From Chiloscyllium plagiosum (lineage: Eukaryota), in contig NC_057720.1 of assembly GCF_004010195.1 (NCBI RefSeq), positions 8,114,012 to 8,144,663 of the forward strand: a DNA stretch of 30,652 nucleotides, written 5' to 3'. Position numbers and translations under genes: made by a program. Below, piece by piece: positions 21,176 to 30,652 of this stretch. How positions within the stretch are numbered: the first letter of the stretch is position 1; each line of letters opens with the position of its first letter. Below the pieces are notes generated by a model, which made no database searches, was not told the origin of the DNA, and worked only from the letters and a program-made list of their open reading frames with translations.

Positions 21176-21562
21176 ACCATGTTTGGGTTGCCTGACTGGG
21201 ATAGAGTTGAAAAGGACACCTCTGGATGCAATTAAACAGGCAGTTCAGTTTTCAGTGTTTGGAACATCTAATGGATGTTGCCTTTGCCAGCTATGTTATT
21301 GCACTTTGCTGAGTGTCAAGTGCTTTGGGACATCAAAATTTGAAACACAGAATGAATACAAGATATATACATTAAAATAAGTCATTGTGAACTGTCCGTA
21401 AGGTGACAAATACTAGGCTAGTGAATGGTGCCCACATTCCTCGAATAAAAAATGTAACATAATTTCATACTCACAGTTCTCCCTTTCATATTGCCTGATA
21501 AAATTATTCCTATACAAATTGTTACACAAACATTCAAATGTTATACGCACAAGGAGATGACA

Positions 21563-21985
21563 TATGGAGTACTGTGGTACAGTTTTCGTCTCCTTATCTG
21601 AGAAAGGATGTTCTGGCTATGGAGGGAGTGCAACAAAGTTTGCTTGGCATCGCAGGATGAGGAGAAACCTATACAATTATAACAGGACTAGGCAGAGTAA
21701 ATATAGAATGTTTCCAGTGGCTGGGGAGTCCAGAAAGTGGAGTCACAATCTAAGGATATGAACCTGACAATTTAAGACTGAGATGAGGAGAAATATCTTC
21801 AGCCATGGAACAGTGAGCCTGTGGAGTTCTCTGCCACAGAAAGCAGTTGAAGCCAAAACATTGAATGTTTTCAAGAAGGAGTTAGATATAGCTCTTAAGG
21901 ATAGAAGGATCAAAGAGTATGGGAAAAAAGTGAGAACAAGGGGCTGAGTTGGATGCCATGATCATATTGAATGGTTCAGAGGGCT
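21563..21985 (+). mobile_element. Old CR1 3' fragment
   Basis: ggagtactgtg...ctccttatctgagaaaggatg; gagatgaggagaaat...ctgccacagaaagcagttga...ttcaagaaggagttagata. Confidence 0.8.
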
Positions 21986-21989
21986 GCAA

Positions 21990-22080
21990 CAGTCTGAAAG
22001 CTTGTGTTTTCCAATAAACCTGTTGGACTATATCGTGTTGTTGTGTGATTTTTAACTTTGTACATCCCACCTTCACATCA
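21990..22080 (+). mobile_element. Single arm of family B short element
   Basis: gaaagcttgtg...aataaacctgttggacta...tgtgtgatttttaactttgtaca matches 4741-4809. Confidence 0.75.
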
Positions 22081-22090
22081 TGTCTTAATT

Positions 22091-22413
22091 ATTAGATTAG
22101 ATTAGATTCCCTACAGTGTGGAAACAGGCCCTTCGACCCAACAAGTCCACACCGACCCTCCGAGGAGCAACCCACCCAGACCCACTCCCCTGGATTTACC
22201 CCAGACTAATGCACCTAACACTATGGGCAATTTAGCACAGCCAATTTACTTAACCTGCAGACCTTTGGACTCTGGGAGGAAACTGGAGCACCCGGAGGAA
22301 ACCCACGCAGACACAGGGAGAACGTGCAAACTCCACACAGTCAGTTGCCCGAGGCGGGAATTGAACACAGAATTGTGAGGCAGCAGTATTAACTGCTGAG
22401 CCAAGGTGCCACT
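22091..22413 (-). mobile_element. HE1/V-SINE-like SINE with (ctaat)n tail
   Basis: attag x3 at 22091-22105, body collinear with 920-1221. Confidence 0.88.
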
Positions 22414-22756
22414 CCATGCTCTCCTTTTCAATTCCCAAAACTCTTTGGAACAATACATTGAACAGTCAGACATGTATTTAAAATGGAAGAGAGGTGTAAT
22501 ATCTGTGGAATTATGAATGAGCCCATCCAATGCATTCAGGCAATCGCAATAGCAATGTCTTTGATCAACAGAAGAACATGTTTGTTAGAGAAGTGTTAGA
22601 ACGCGAGAAGGAGAAAGAATTTGGCTTCAAGCCCTTTGAGCCAGTTCTTTTTGTCAGACTGCATTCTGTTTCTCCTCCAAAAGATGGAAGCTCTGACAAT
22701 GCAGCACTCCTTCTGTACTGTACTGGAGAGTGAACCATGAGTATCTATTTGAGAAT

Positions 22757-22925
22757 AGGAGAAAGTGAGGACTGCAGATGCTGGAGATCAGAGCTGAAAA
22801 TGTGTTGCTGGAAAAGCGCAGCAGGTCAGGCAGCATCCAAGGAGCAGGAGAATTGACGTTTCGGGCATGAGCCCTTCTTCAGGATTCCTGAAGAAGGGCT
22901 CATGCCCAAAACATCGATTCTCCTG
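22757..22925. mobile_element. Double-hammerhead palindromic short element (family A) with 15-16-bp TSD
   Basis: gtatctatttgagaat at 22741-22756 and 22925-22940; palindrome 22845-22925 centred on 22885. Confidence 0.85.
22850..22887 (-). ncRNA. Minimal hammerhead ribozyme motif with GUC site
   Basis: Minus strand gaauc-CUGAAGA-a-GGGC(ucau)GCCC-GAAA-CG-UC-aauuc; core intact, first stem I pair mismatched. Confidence 0.78.
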
Positions 22926-23059
22926 TATCTATTTGAGAATGCAAATTCAGCTCTGGTGTTGCCACCACAAAATGGTAAAACCGTTGAACAGGATGTTTCA
23001 GGTCACTCCCAGCATAGACAGCAAAGTGTCTGATGGTTCTCATGTCACTTATACAGGTA

Positions 23060-23185
23060 CATAAAGATGTACAGCACAGAAACAGACCCTTTGGTCCAAC
23101 TCATCCATACTAACCAGATATCCTAACCTAATCTAGTCCTATTTGCCAGCATTTAGCCCATACCCTCGAAACCCTCCCCAACCCT
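23060..23185 (-). mobile_element. CR1 3' UTR fragment
   Basis: gatgtacagcacagaaacagaccctttggtccaac...ctagtcctatttgccagcattt matches 9534-9650. Confidence 0.85.
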
Positions 23186-23194
23186 TTTTGAAAC

Positions 23195-24865
23195 CTGACT
23201 GGAACAACTTTAGATGGGGCTCTGCAATCTTTCCATGAGTTATGTCCAATGGTGATGGACAGTTAGCCAACTGGTAAGAGGTGGGAGCTCCACAAATCTT
23301 CAATGATAGGCTGCTCAGCACATCAGTACAAAAGACAAGGTTGAAGTGTTCGTACCTACCATTAGCCAGAAGTGGATGATCCTTCTTGGTCTCCTCCTGA
23401 GGTCCCTAACATCACAAATGCCAATCTCTAACCAGCTTGATTTAATTCACATTATATCAAAAAACAGCTAATAACACTGGATACTGTGTAGGCTGGAACA
23501 ATATTCCAGCTATTTTGTTGAAGTCATGTTCGAGAATTACCTGAGCCTTGCTGTTCTGTACAGCTCCAACACTTGTGTTGACCCAATGATACGGAAATTT
23601 GTCCATGTATGTTACACATCCAGGACAACCTGACTAACTGCTGCTCTATCTGTCTACTCTTGACCATCAGCACAGAGATGGAAGGAGTAATTGGCAATGC
23701 TTTCTAGCAGCATTTGTAAAGGAATAAGCTGCTCACCAATGCTCAGTTTGCATTTCAACAAGGCCATTTGGCTCCTGACCTCACTACAAACCTGGATGAA
23801 AGAGCTGAACTCCAGGGTTAGATGAGAGTGACTCTCCCTTTTATCAAGATAGTTTCTGGTCAAATGTGGCATGGTAGAGTCCAAGTGAAACTGGAAACAA
23901 TGGTTAACAGGATAAAGACTGTCCCCTGGTTGGAGTCATACCTAGCACACAGGAAGATGGCTCTGGTTATAGAAGGTCAGTCATCTCAGCTCCAGGACAT
24001 CTCTGCTGGAGTTCCTCAGGGTAATGCCCTAGGCCCAACCATCTTCAGGTGCTTCATTAACGAGCTTCGCCCTAACCTAAAGTCTGAAGCAGGGATGTTG
24101 CTGATGATTGCACAATCTTTACCTTGAGTTGGTGACTCTGCATTTACTGATACAGTCAATATCCAAACGCAGCAAGACCTGGACAATATCCAGACCTGGA
24201 CTGAAAAGTGGCAGTTAACATTCAGGCCTCAAAAGTGTCAAAGGTATCTTCACCAAGGGAGAATCTAATCATTGTCACTTGTTGTTCAATGGTATTATAA
24301 TTGCTGAATCCTCCATGTAGATTTCATGGAGATTACCGTAGACTAGGAATTGAATTGGACACACACATAAATACTATGATGGCAAAAGCAGGTCTGAGGT
24401 GAAGGATTTGCTGTTGAATAGCTCATCTTCACCATCTTGGACAAAATAGTCAGCTTGATTGGCATTCTATCCATCACCTTCTATCCATCTGCACAATGTC
24501 AACAATATGCACCATGTACAAGCTGCAGCAAAGCAACTCACCAATGCTTTTCCGACAACACCATGCAAATCTGTGACCTCTACCACTGAGCAGCACAAAG
24601 TCAGCAGATACATGGGAACACCACTATCTGCAAGTTTCCCCGCCATACGTCATACTGACTTGGAACTGTATCCCTATTCTTCACAGTCAAAGTCCTTAAA
24701 CCCTTTCCTTCACAGCACGAGGGGGGCGGGGGGGGATGTTGTCCCAGCCCTGTGGCTGTGATGGTTCCAGAAGAAAGCTCACTACCACCTTTCCCAGGCA
24801 AATAGGAATAAGCAATAAATGTTGGCTCAGTAAACAATGCTCACATCCTGTAAACAAATGGAAAA
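23195..24865 (+). mobile_element. Degenerate L2-group LINE (RT to 3' tail)
   Basis: ORF 23822-24127 WLESYLAHRKM.LVIEGQSS...SAGVPQGNALGPTIF.CFINEL; frameshifted FADD (gttgctgatgattgc); tail gcaataaatgttggc...ctcacatcc. Confidence 0.88.
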
Positions 24866-25712
24866 CCAAGTCAATTGATCCACCTATTTATCTGCACCAA
24901 TACTCTGTTACAGATTTGCCTATCATCCCTTGAGGCCATGGTGATGGGATTGCAAAGACACCATGGTGCCACTATGTGTGGGGTGTGGGGGCGGAATACC
25001 TCTGGCCTACCTCCCTTTGCCGTCAAACCTTTCTGATGCAGCAGTTCCTGCTGCCTGAGACAATACCGTCAATCACTTTGTTAATGGACACAAGGGACAG
25101 ACTGCATTTAAGAAGGGCAGACTCACTGTGCATTATGCTAGCAATGGGTACCCGCTGAGTAAACTGCAAATCAACGGTTCTGTTCCCCACTGGCTACCCT
25201 CATTGAAATGAGTAGGCAGCCTAAGGCCTGCTTGATGTCTGCCTCAGTGGAACAGAGATTGGACTAAATGCATATCACAATCACTGTGTCCGTAAGTGGA
25301 CCTTGATGATTCTGCAGGTGTTTGCTGTTGCTTCAATAACCAATATAAATATGCCTTGAGACTTGGATTAGGCTGAAATCTGCTGCGAGAATCAAATTTC
25401 AGTAAATAAATCAGGCCTAGCTTACACAAGTGTACAAAAGAGCAAGAGTATTTTAATTATTTTTATTACACATTAGTGATGGTGATTTGAGTCTAGATAC
25501 TATTAAAGGTTATTTTTCAAGGTTCCTCCACTGGCTTATCACCTTGTGAGATGGAGACGGATCTATAATATTAAATTGTCATTTCTTTGACCCATTTTCA
25601 ACACTTGTGGGCAATAGTGTTGTTAAATTACCCCTTATATTTTACTTATATTTTTATAGTCTGTGCTTCAATGATTATTTTTCTCCCTTGCTGAATCTAA
25701 TGTGTTGTTCTA

Positions 25713-26440
25713 TAGGACAACACTGCAGTAACACCAGAACTCTAGAAGGCAGAACAGGAACACCTCTTCAAAGGTTTTAAATGGAATAGGTACACCAATC
25801 GCATTATCCTCCAGTACTAACACGACAAACCCAAAGAAGAAAACACTGCACGTCCAGACACAATAGCGACAACACCATACATCAAAGCCATATCAAAGAT
25901 GATTACCAGACTACTCAGACCCCTGGGAATCTTAGTGGCCCACAAACCAGTAAACACCTTCCACCAGCTCCTCACAAAGGTTAAAGGCCATGCACCCACA
26001 TCCAATAGGACGAATGTTATCTACAAGATACCCTGTTAAGACTGTGAGAAACAGTACATAGGACAAATAGGAAGAAAACTGACCATGCGAGAGCATGACC
26101 ATCAGCTCCCACTGCCAAACTGGACCAGCACTCCTGCATTTCCAACCAATAGAGACAGCGAAGGACACAGATTCAACTGGGACAATGTAAATATCCCAGC
26201 ACAGGAGAAACAGAGACAGCACAGAGAAGTCTGGCACTCCAACTGGAACTTAATCAATGGACACATTGAACCCAACCCCATATATACAAACCACTCAGAT
26301 ACAGAAATACCAACAAATAGAGACATATAAAAACCAGGTGGGTCAGCCACTAACACCTTGTTAAAGGCGCACTGGTGATGTCACCTAGCGAGGTGACAAA
26401 ATGTTTGGAGAAAAACACACCAGCTCGGTGATCAAATCAA
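25713..26440 (+). mobile_element. Older Penelope-like element 3' fragment (GIY-YIG) with dead hammerhead
   Basis: TTPYIKAISKMITRLLRPLGILVAHKP...NVIYKIPC*DCEKQYIGQIGRKL; FNWDNVNI; gtcacct-agcg-aggtgac stem at 26380-26397. Confidence 0.88.
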
Positions 26441-26687
26441 TGACATAGTTGTTCTATATGTTCCTTCTCTTCTCTACATTCCCACTCTGTTGTAAGGAAT
26501 GATTATGGTATGCTGTCTAATACTAACCCATCCTTATTCCCCCAAGTCATAATAATTATCATTCTTAAAAGCAGGAAGTCCTGAAATGTTCCATTACAGA
26601 TTAATTTAAAGAAAGGCAAGGACCTGCAATTACATTTCTCTTTTCACAACCTTAGGATCTTTCAAATAAACACAGAAATTATTACCA

Positions 26688-26995
26688 GGAATAGGCCATT
26701 TGGCCATTCGAACCTGTTCGGCCATTCATTATGATCATGGCTGATCATCCAACCCAATAACCTGTTCTCACTTTACTCCCATATCCTTTTGATCCCTTTA
26801 TCCTATTCCTTCTTGCAATCATACAATGCTTTAGCCTTGACTGCTCTCTGGTATTAATGAATTCCACAGGCTCCCCATTTTCTAGGTGAAACGATTTCTC
26901 CTCATCTCAATCCTAGATTGTCCACCTCAAATTCTTCAAATGTAATCCCTGCTTTTGTATTCCTTTGTCATCTGGAACATTCTTCCTATATCTAC
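26688..26995 (-). mobile_element. Old CR1 3' end
   Basis: ggaataggccatttggccattcgaacctg...gatcatggctgatc; gaattccacagg...atttctcctcatctc. Confidence 0.75.
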
Positions 26996-27394
26996 TTTCA
27001 CAAAGTAGGGACCGTGATCACGAATTTGCACTAGAGAAAGTCCCATGACCTAATCTGTTTTAGTGTTTTTTGTCAAGCAATGAAACAGATTGCCTCTGTT
27101 ACAATAGAAGTTCTTTGACTTTCTCCTCAGTGAGCCAAGAAACTTATTTTCACACTTCACCTCAAAGTCAGCGTGGAAAGTCCCACCTGCTTTTTGTGCT
27201 CAAATTTCTGCAGACCATCTTGAACCCAGAACCTTTGAATGATGAGACTCTAGTGTTAACTATTGAGTCTTGGATGAAATGGTTAGCCAATAAGAATGAG
27301 AGGACTCATGCCAATTGGAGTTTATCTTGGCAAAACATATGTTCTTCTGAGGGAAGTGGCAGAGTGCAGGGACAAAGACAAGAACTAGGTTTGG

Positions 27395-28241
27395 AATTAG
27401 ATTAGGCTTTATTGCTACGTATACTCAGGCACCGGAGTACAGGAGTACAGCAAAAAGTGTACAATGTCACCGTTTTTGGTGCCATCTTAGGTACAAAGGT
27501 ACCTAGGTACAAAATCTTGGGTTAAAAAATAGAAAAATAAAGAAATAAGTTAAAAAGATCAACACTATAGTTTTTCTTTGTGCAAAATAGAACAATAAAG
27601 AAATAAAGTTAAAAGGTAAACACTGCAGGTCGTTCTGGTATAACGTACCTTTTGTCAACGCCAAATGGCCATAAAGCAGTTGACAAAATTGTGGACGCTG
27701 CTTGGATAATACAAGCTGTCTACTGAACGGTTAGACAGATTCTCTATTAGCAATCTTCTGCAATGCAATTTTCTGAAGTGGTTTTCCACGGTGCGATTTT
27801 CTATACAGTGAGTTGCAGAGGAACACAAACTGTCACATTATAGCATAATGACCTGTATAGTCCTTTCTTAAGCCATGGCCTGCAGATGCTCTATGCTGGG
27901 CTTTCACCATGAAGGCATGCTTTCACCCACGATGGACTAAGTCCCCCTGGGCACACCAGCCTCTATTCCGCCAGCAGATACTTCGCTCACCAGCTGCTTT
28001 GCTGCTGACCGCCATTTTCCATCATTTAGGCTCAGACTGGGCCCTAGCCACTGCCACACTCCATCTCCACCATTGCTTCCCCAACTGAGCTCTCTCCAGA
28101 AGGTAAGTGAAACAAAAATGAAAACATTAATAAAAGATCAGAAAAAAATGAAGAAAGAAGCAAAAAAAAGAGATGTAGACTGAATGGATGAGACCTGGGC
28201 ATAAGAGCCTCAATGGTGGCTACTCTGCCACCACCATCTTG
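27395..28241 (-). mobile_element. Probable non-autonomous LINE-derived element
   Basis: Minus strand starts caagatggtggtgg and ends caataaagcctaatctaattcc (L2-like tail); internal ~55-bp tandem duplication; hosts a MITE; no coding motif seen. Confidence 0.4.
27626..27855. mobile_element. Tc1/mariner (pogo/Tigger-like) MITE, 230 bp
   Basis: TIRs caggtcgttctggtataacg / cattatagcataatgacctg (16/20 match); TA on the right, TG on the left. Confidence 0.72.
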
Positions 28242-28274
28242 AAACCAGATGGCACAATGGAGATGGGGAGGTTT

Positions 28275-28490
28275 TGTTTTCCCGTCAGGGGGTCAAAACT
28301 CTGTGGAATTTTCTTTTCCAGAGGGCAATGGAGATGGGGTCATTCAATAGTTTTACAGCGGCAGGTAGATTCACAATGAACAAGGGAGTCAAAGGTTATT
28401 GGGAGCAGATGGGAATTGAGGCCCAATTAGATTAGCCTTGACCTGACTGAATAGTGAGCAGAATTGAGAGGCCAAATGACTTTTGTGTTT
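28275..28490 (+). mobile_element. Old CR1 3' end
   Basis: ctgtggaatt...ccagagggcaatggagatggggtcatt...ggtagatt...gggagtcaaaggttat...gaattgagaggccaaatg. Confidence 0.7.
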
Positions 28491-28884
28491 GCATGAGCCA
28501 TGGCTGATCCATGGAGAAAATAGAATGACAAACCAAAGATAAGAGATGTTGACAGGAGTAATCAAAAGCCTGGTCCAACAGGTGGAATTTAAGGAGGTTC
28601 TTAAAAGATGAGAGGGAAATGGAGAATTGATAACATTGAGGATGGGAATTCCAGATGCTACAGTCCAAGCAGCTGAAGACACAGTGGACCTGAGGCAAGA
28701 GCACAGTCAAAGCAGTTGATGTGAAAATAGAAAATATTTGAAGTACTTGACAGGATCAGAGAAAGACAGTCAACATTTCAGGTCCATGATGTTCATTAGA
28801 GGTGCCCGGCATTGTAATTTTTCTTTTTTTTAGATTTCCAGCAACTGCATTATTTGCTTTGATGTCAGAGAAATGTCAGGGGTT

Positions 28885-29125
28885 CTGAAACAAACAAAAA
28901 CAGAAATTGCTGGAGAAACTCAGCAGGTCTGGCCGCATCTGTGAAGTGGAACAGATTTAGAGTTTCGAGTTCAGTCACCTATTCTGAAGAAGGGTCACCA
29001 GGCATGAAATGTTAAATCTGTTTCTCTCTCTCATCACAGATGCTGCCAGACCTGCTGAGTTTCTCCAACAATTTCTATTTTCATTTATTTCAGACCTCCA
29101 GCATCTACATTTTTTTTGTTTTACT
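28885..29125. mobile_element. Palindromic family A element (old subfamily) with degenerate hammerhead
   Basis: gaaattgctggagaaactcagcaggtctggc / gccagacctgctgagtttctccaacaatttc inverted arms; CTGAAGAagggtcaccaggcatGAAAtgtta at 28984-29014. Confidence 0.78.
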
Positions 29126-29629
29126 TTTTGAGAGCATCAGGGTTATAGTGATAACTATAAAGTCATAAAGTCTTTTGAATTTCAGACAACAAAATAACTA
29201 TTCCTCATTCATTTCTAATTCCTACAATCTCATAACCCTTAAAAGCTAAACTCATGGTCATGGAGGTCCAAGGATTGCCTTTCTCTGTGTGAAATATATC
29301 TTTATCATGATCCTTGTGTTCTTCTGTTTATCAAAACACACTGATACAACAGGGTTTTATAAAGAAAAGGATTTGTCATCTTATGAATAAACTACATACA
29401 GGTAAAGCTAGCTGAGAGGCTATACAGACATGTCAAAACTGTAGAACTACTGTTTTGATCTATCTACAGAGTGTTGACAAGACATATATATATTTTTGGA
29501 TAATGAAAATGGGGTAAATGTCAGATTTGGTTGCAAGGGATTTACTGTGTAATATCCTGTGATTTAAAAGTCAAAATGTCACAGAGAATTGGGCATTGTC
29601 TACTGTTTATGAAAAACAAGTGATTTTAA

Positions 29630-29890
29630 TTGTATGATTGATAAGGGTAGGGCAGTTGACTTTGTCTACATGGACTTCATTAGATTATTTAACAAGATCC
29701 TTCATGGTAGGTTAGTCCAAAGATTATGTCACATGGGATCCACAGTGAGTTGATAAGTTGGACATAAAATTGGCTTGGTCATAAAAGGTGGCAAGAATTT
29801 GTGGAGGATATTTTGCTAACAGGAGGTCTGTGACTAGTAGTGTTTGGCAATGGTCAGTGCTGGGACCTCTCTTGTCTGTAATATATCCAG
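29630..29890 (+). mobile_element. CR1 RT fragment
   Basis: IDKGRAVDFVYMDF...KILHGRLV and cagtgctgggacct (SVLGP). Confidence 0.78.
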
Positions 29891-30237
29891 TAAACTTTGT
29901 TTTGATTGGCACCTTATAAACTGGCACGACAGATAAATCAGTAGAAATTCTAATCCTGAAATGCCGGAGGTTTACTGTATTATCGTGGTCTCTGATGTGC
30001 AAATAGTCAGCAAGTGAGAAGTCTCTTTACTGGTAAGTTATATTTAAGGCAAATTTGCAGTATTCGTTCAGTGATTTATGCTGTAAATAAAATGTGACCG
30101 TGATGTCTATACTCCCTGCCTCACATTTCTGTTACTTAGTATGTCTTTTCACATTGATTATACAGACCTCTTCAGCAACTGGAATATTTGATCAACCAGT
30201 ACACACCTGGTCCCATAGGTGTCAGCTAATGAAAGGT

Positions 30238-30652
30238 TTAGAACATAGAGCATAGAACATAGAAGAATACAGCGCAGTACAGACCCTTTGGCCCTCGATG
30301 TTGCGCCGATCCAAGCCCACCTAACCTATACTAACCCACTATCCTCCATATACCTATCCAATGCCCGCTTAAATGCCCATAAAGAGGGAGAGTCCACCAC
30401 TGCTACTGGCAGGGCATTCCATGAACTCACGACTCGCTGAGTAAAGAACCTACCCCTAACATCTGTCCTATACCTACCACCCCTTAATTTAAAGCTATGC
30501 CCCCTCGTAATAGCTGACTCCATACATGGAAAAAGATTCTCACTGTCGACCCTATCTAAACCCCTAATCATCTTATACACCTCTATCAAGTCACCCCTAA
30601 ACCTTCCTTTCTCCAATGAAAACAACCCCAAGTGCCTCAACCTTTCCTCATA
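30238..30652 (-). mobile_element. Young CR1 LINE 3' end running off the window
   Basis: Open ORF 30326-30640 LGLFSLEKGRFRGDLIEVYKMIRG...TRGHSFKL...FFTQRVVSSWNALP; (tgttcta)-type tail; CpGs retained in 3' UTR. Confidence 0.95.

Noticed and set aside
24720..24736. G-quadruplex candidate
   Set aside because: Only two G runs inside a decayed LINE tail; most likely a homopolymer expansion.
24934..24970. Hairpin ccatggtg...caccatgg
   Set aside because: An 8-bp stem built on a self-complementary 6-mer is expected by chance in 30 kb.
28095..28115. Strong splice donor cagaag|gtaagt
   Set aside because: Lies within a probable repeat with no convincing upstream acceptor or coding frame; the donor-like caag|gtaaga at ~6325 was likewise unsupported.

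Overview
Repeat-dense, non-coding vertebrate DNA (intron or intergenic), most likely from a shark. This is inferred from the mix of HE1/V-SINE-like SINEs, CR1 3' ends, L2-group LINEs, DeuSINE-like pieces and Penelope-like elements (PLEs). I can support no host exon, tRNA, rRNA or CRISPR array; every recognisable ORF is transposon debris (CR1/L2 ORF2, PLE RT and GIY-YIG). Three things stand out. (1) There are minimal hammerhead ribozyme motifs (CUGANGA-stem II-GAAA-palindromic stem III-UH) in three PLE copies and in several short non-coding palindromic elements. One ~170-bp double-hammerhead element has a 15-16-bp target-site duplication, and a relative with a 14-bp TSD has lost its centre. (2) An L2-group LINE begins with the same tRNA-like head as a free SINE in the window, so the SINE looks like the LINE 5' end joined to its 3' end. 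(3) Nested insertions, a solo LTR and three repeat-free islands that may be conserved enhancers. Family names come from motif recognition and memory, not database searches, and boundaries of old repeats are approximate.
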